From: an uncultured Gemmatimonadales bacterium
GTDB lineage: Bacteria > Gemmatimonadota > Gemmatimonadetes > Gemmatimonadales > GWC2-71-9
Reading direction: 5' to 3'
DNA: 64,000 nt
Assembly (NCBI GenBank): GCA_963730185.1
Contig: CAVSQW010000015.1
Location: 576,001-640,000, forward strand
Numbering within the stretch: the stretch's first letter is position 1; the number at the start of each line of letters is the position of its first letter. Shown piece after piece: positions 62,188-64,000 of this stretch. Below the pieces are notes generated by a model. That model did no database searches. It was given only the letters and a program-made list of their open reading frames with translations, and was not told where the DNA came from. Both the position numbers and the translations under genes were made by a program.

Positions 62188-62279
62188 GGGCGAATCAACT
62201 CCTGGCTGGGGTTAAGACGGGGCCGCGGTGCCGACGACCGGCAACGGACGGGTCTGGTCGATTCGGGTATACTAAGTAG

Positions 62280-62307
62280 TTGACCTGTAACAATCTAGGA
62301 CTAGTCT
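62280..62307 (+). promoter_or_regulatory. Putative aroA promoter in an AT-rich divergent intergenic region
   Basis: TTGACC-N16-TAGTCT. Confidence 0.4.
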
Positions 62308-62342
62308 GCCGCCCGTCGGCGGATCGGCGCGAAGGAGGCGGC

Positions 62343-63605
62343 TTGCGGGTCTCTGGAGAGGGTATCGTCCCGGGAGACAAGAGCATTACCCACCGGGTCC
62401 TCTACCTGGCCGGGCTGGCCCGGTCGCCTTCCCGGATCGAGGGAGCGCTGATCTCGTTCGACACCCGGGCCACCGCCGGAGTGCTTCGAGCCCTCGGCGT
62501 CGGGGTGTCGCCGCTCCGCCCCGGGGCGGTCGTCTCGGTGACGCCCTCAGGCCCCTGGCGGGCTCCCCAGCGGACCCTCGACTGCGCCAACTCGGGGACC
62601 AGCGCGCGCCTCGGCCTGGGTCTCCTCGCCTCCCACCCTTTCGAGGCCCGGCTGAGCGGCGACCAGTCCCTCCGCCGCCGGCCGATGCGCCGGGTGACCG
62701 AGCCACTCACCCTGATGGGCGCGGCCTTCGCTCCGGCGGAGCCCGACCGGCTTCCATTCAAGATCCGGGGTGGGGACCTCCGGCCGCTTCGATGGGAGCT
62801 CCCGGTGTCCAGCGCGCAGCTCAAGAGCGCCCTGCTCCTCGCCGGTTGGGCGGCCGACGTGCCGGTGGCCGTCCGGGAGCCCTCCGGTCGTTCCCGCGAC
62901 CACACCGAGCGGCTCCTCCGGGGACTCGGGTTCGAGGTGGCGGACCGGGACGACGGCTGGATCGAGCTGCCGGGCGGCGGCCGCCCCGACGGCTTCGAGT
63001 TCTCCGTCCCCGGCGATCCGAGCTCGGCGGCGTTCCTGGTGGGCGCGGCTCTGATGGCGGAGTCCGGCGAGCTGGCGCTCCGGCGGGTGGGACTCAATCC
63101 GACCCGGACCGGCTTTCTCGACGTCTGTCGCCGGATGGGGGCCGAGCTCCGGATCGAGGATCGGACCGAGCAGTGCGGGGAGCCGAGGGGGACGATCGTG
63201 GCCCGGGCCTCGTCGCTTCGGGCGACGGTGGTCACCGCCGGGGAGATCCCCGGGCTGATCGACGAGATCCCGATGCTCGCGGTGCTCGCCTCGCGGGCGG
63301 CCGGCACCACCCGCTTCGAGGAGGTCGGCGAGCTCCGGGTCAAGGAGAGCGACCGGCTCGGCCTGCTGGCCTCCAACCTCGCCGCGCTGGGGGTCGAGGC
63401 TCACGCCGAGCGGAACACCCTGACCGTGGTCGGCGGCGATACCCCACCCCGGGGCCGGGTCGCCACCGACGGCGACCACCGGATCGCCATGGCCTTCGCA
63501 GTGATGGGGACCGTGCCCGGCGCCCAGGTCTCGCTCGACGACACCGGCTGTGTCGGGGTGAGCTTCCCCGGCTTCTTCGACACCCTGCACCGGATCGGCC
63601 GATGA
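62343..63605 (+). CDS. aroA: 3-phosphoshikimate 1-carboxyvinyltransferase (EPSP synthase)
   Basis: PGDKSITHR, NSGTSAR, SAQLKS, RDHTER, LRVKESDR, DHRIAM; AGGAGG SD before the TTG. Confidence 0.96.
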   Translation: MRVSGEGIVPGDKSITHRVLYLAGLARSPSRIEGALISFDTRATAGVLRALGVGVSPLRPGAVVSVTPSGPWRAPQRTLDCANSGTSARLGLGLLASHPFEARLSGDQSLRRRPMRRVTEPLTLMGAAFAPAEPDRLPFKIRGGDLRPLRWELPVSSAQLKSALLLAGWAADVPVAVREPSGRSRDHTERLLRGLGFEVADRDDGWIELPGGGRPDGFEFSVPGDPSSAAFLVGAALMAESGELALRRVGLNPTRTGFLDVCRRMGAELRIEDRTEQCGEPRGTIVARASSLRATVVTAGEIPGLIDEIPMLAVLASRAAGTTRFEEVGELRVKESDRLGLLASNLAALGVEAHAERNTLTVVGGDTPPRGRVATDGDHRIAMAFAVMGTVPGAQVSLDDTGCVGVSFPGFFDTLHRIGR

Positions 63606-64000
63606 CCGACGGCGCCCGCGTCATCGCGATCGACGGCCCGGCGGCCTCGGGCAAGAGCTCAACGGCTGCGGCGGTGGCCCGAGCCCTCGGGGCGTTCCAC
63701 CTCGACTCGGGGGCCCTCTACCGGGGGCTCACCCGGGTGGCGCTGGACGCCGGGACCCGCGAGGTGGCGACCATCCTGGCGGAGGCCGAGCGGCGGGGGC
63801 TCCGGCTGGCGCTGGACGGGAAGGAGATCGTGCCCTGGCTCGACGGCCGCCCCGCCGAAGCGGTGATCCGGTCGGCCGAGGTGACCGGCGCGGTCTCCGA
63901 GGTCGCCGCGTTAGGGCCGATCCGGACCTGGGTCAACCGCCGGCTCCGCGACGCCGCCACGGCCGACCGGCTCGTGGTGCTCGACGGCCGCGACATCGGC
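63602..64000 (+). CDS. cmk: Cytidylate kinase (runs off window end)
   Basis: VIAIDGPAASGKSS, LDSGALYR, VLDGRDIG; follows aroA. Confidence 0.93.
   Translation, partial: MTDGARVIAIDGPAASGKSSTAAAVARALGAFHLDSGALYRGLTRVALDAGTREVATILAEAERRGLRLALDGKEIVPWLDGRPAEAVIRSAEVTGAVSEVAALGPIRTWVNRRLRDAATADRLVVLDGRDIG

Noticed and set aside
62266..62307. dif site or att-like palindrome in the AT-rich patch TAAGTAGTTGACCTGTAACAATCTAG
   Set aside because: Only a weak dyad with no convincing match to the XerC/XerD consensus; more simply explained as divergent promoters.

Overview
A 64 kb, very GC-rich bacterial chromosome segment. The gene order and protein style suggest Gemmatimonadota, but this is inference and was not verified. 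Most of it is housekeeping: dprA-hemW-hrcA-dnaJ-prmA-rsmE-HIT; rpsU-mutS2-dnaG-zinc ribbon-recJ-rsmD-coaD, then a partner-switching STAS/RsbW/PP2C trio, rsmA and rex; infC-rpmI-rplT-pheST-zapB/zapA-rny-folD; xseAB-ispA-dxs-nadK-recN; tRNA-Leu(UAA); aroA-cmk. No transposase, integrase, phage gene or CRISPR array was seen. The most interesting accessory elements are: (1) a leaderless, His/Cys-rich, signal-peptide-bearing small ORF ending in the ribosome-arrest motif RAPP, directly upstream of an ATPase-less metal uptake cluster, which is a candidate metal-sensing translational attenuator; (2) a two-gene module in which a putative Cys-His catalytic domain fused to an SGRPxP...LGYRG domain is followed by a stand-alone copy of that domain (enzyme plus cognate inhibitor?); (3) an orphan FecI/FecR-like pair upstream of a CPBP protease and a reductive-dehalogenase-like Fe-S protein; (4) a GspE/PilB ATPase-receiver fusion with altered catalytic motifs, next to a pilin; (5) two families of heptamer- or pentamer-built palindromic repeats that supply gene stop codons. 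Also seen are a Rex operator, a TetR-like palindrome, an L20-leader-like attenuator and a CTG start for infC. The indels in dxs, nadK, recN and a sensor kinase are probably sequencing errors.
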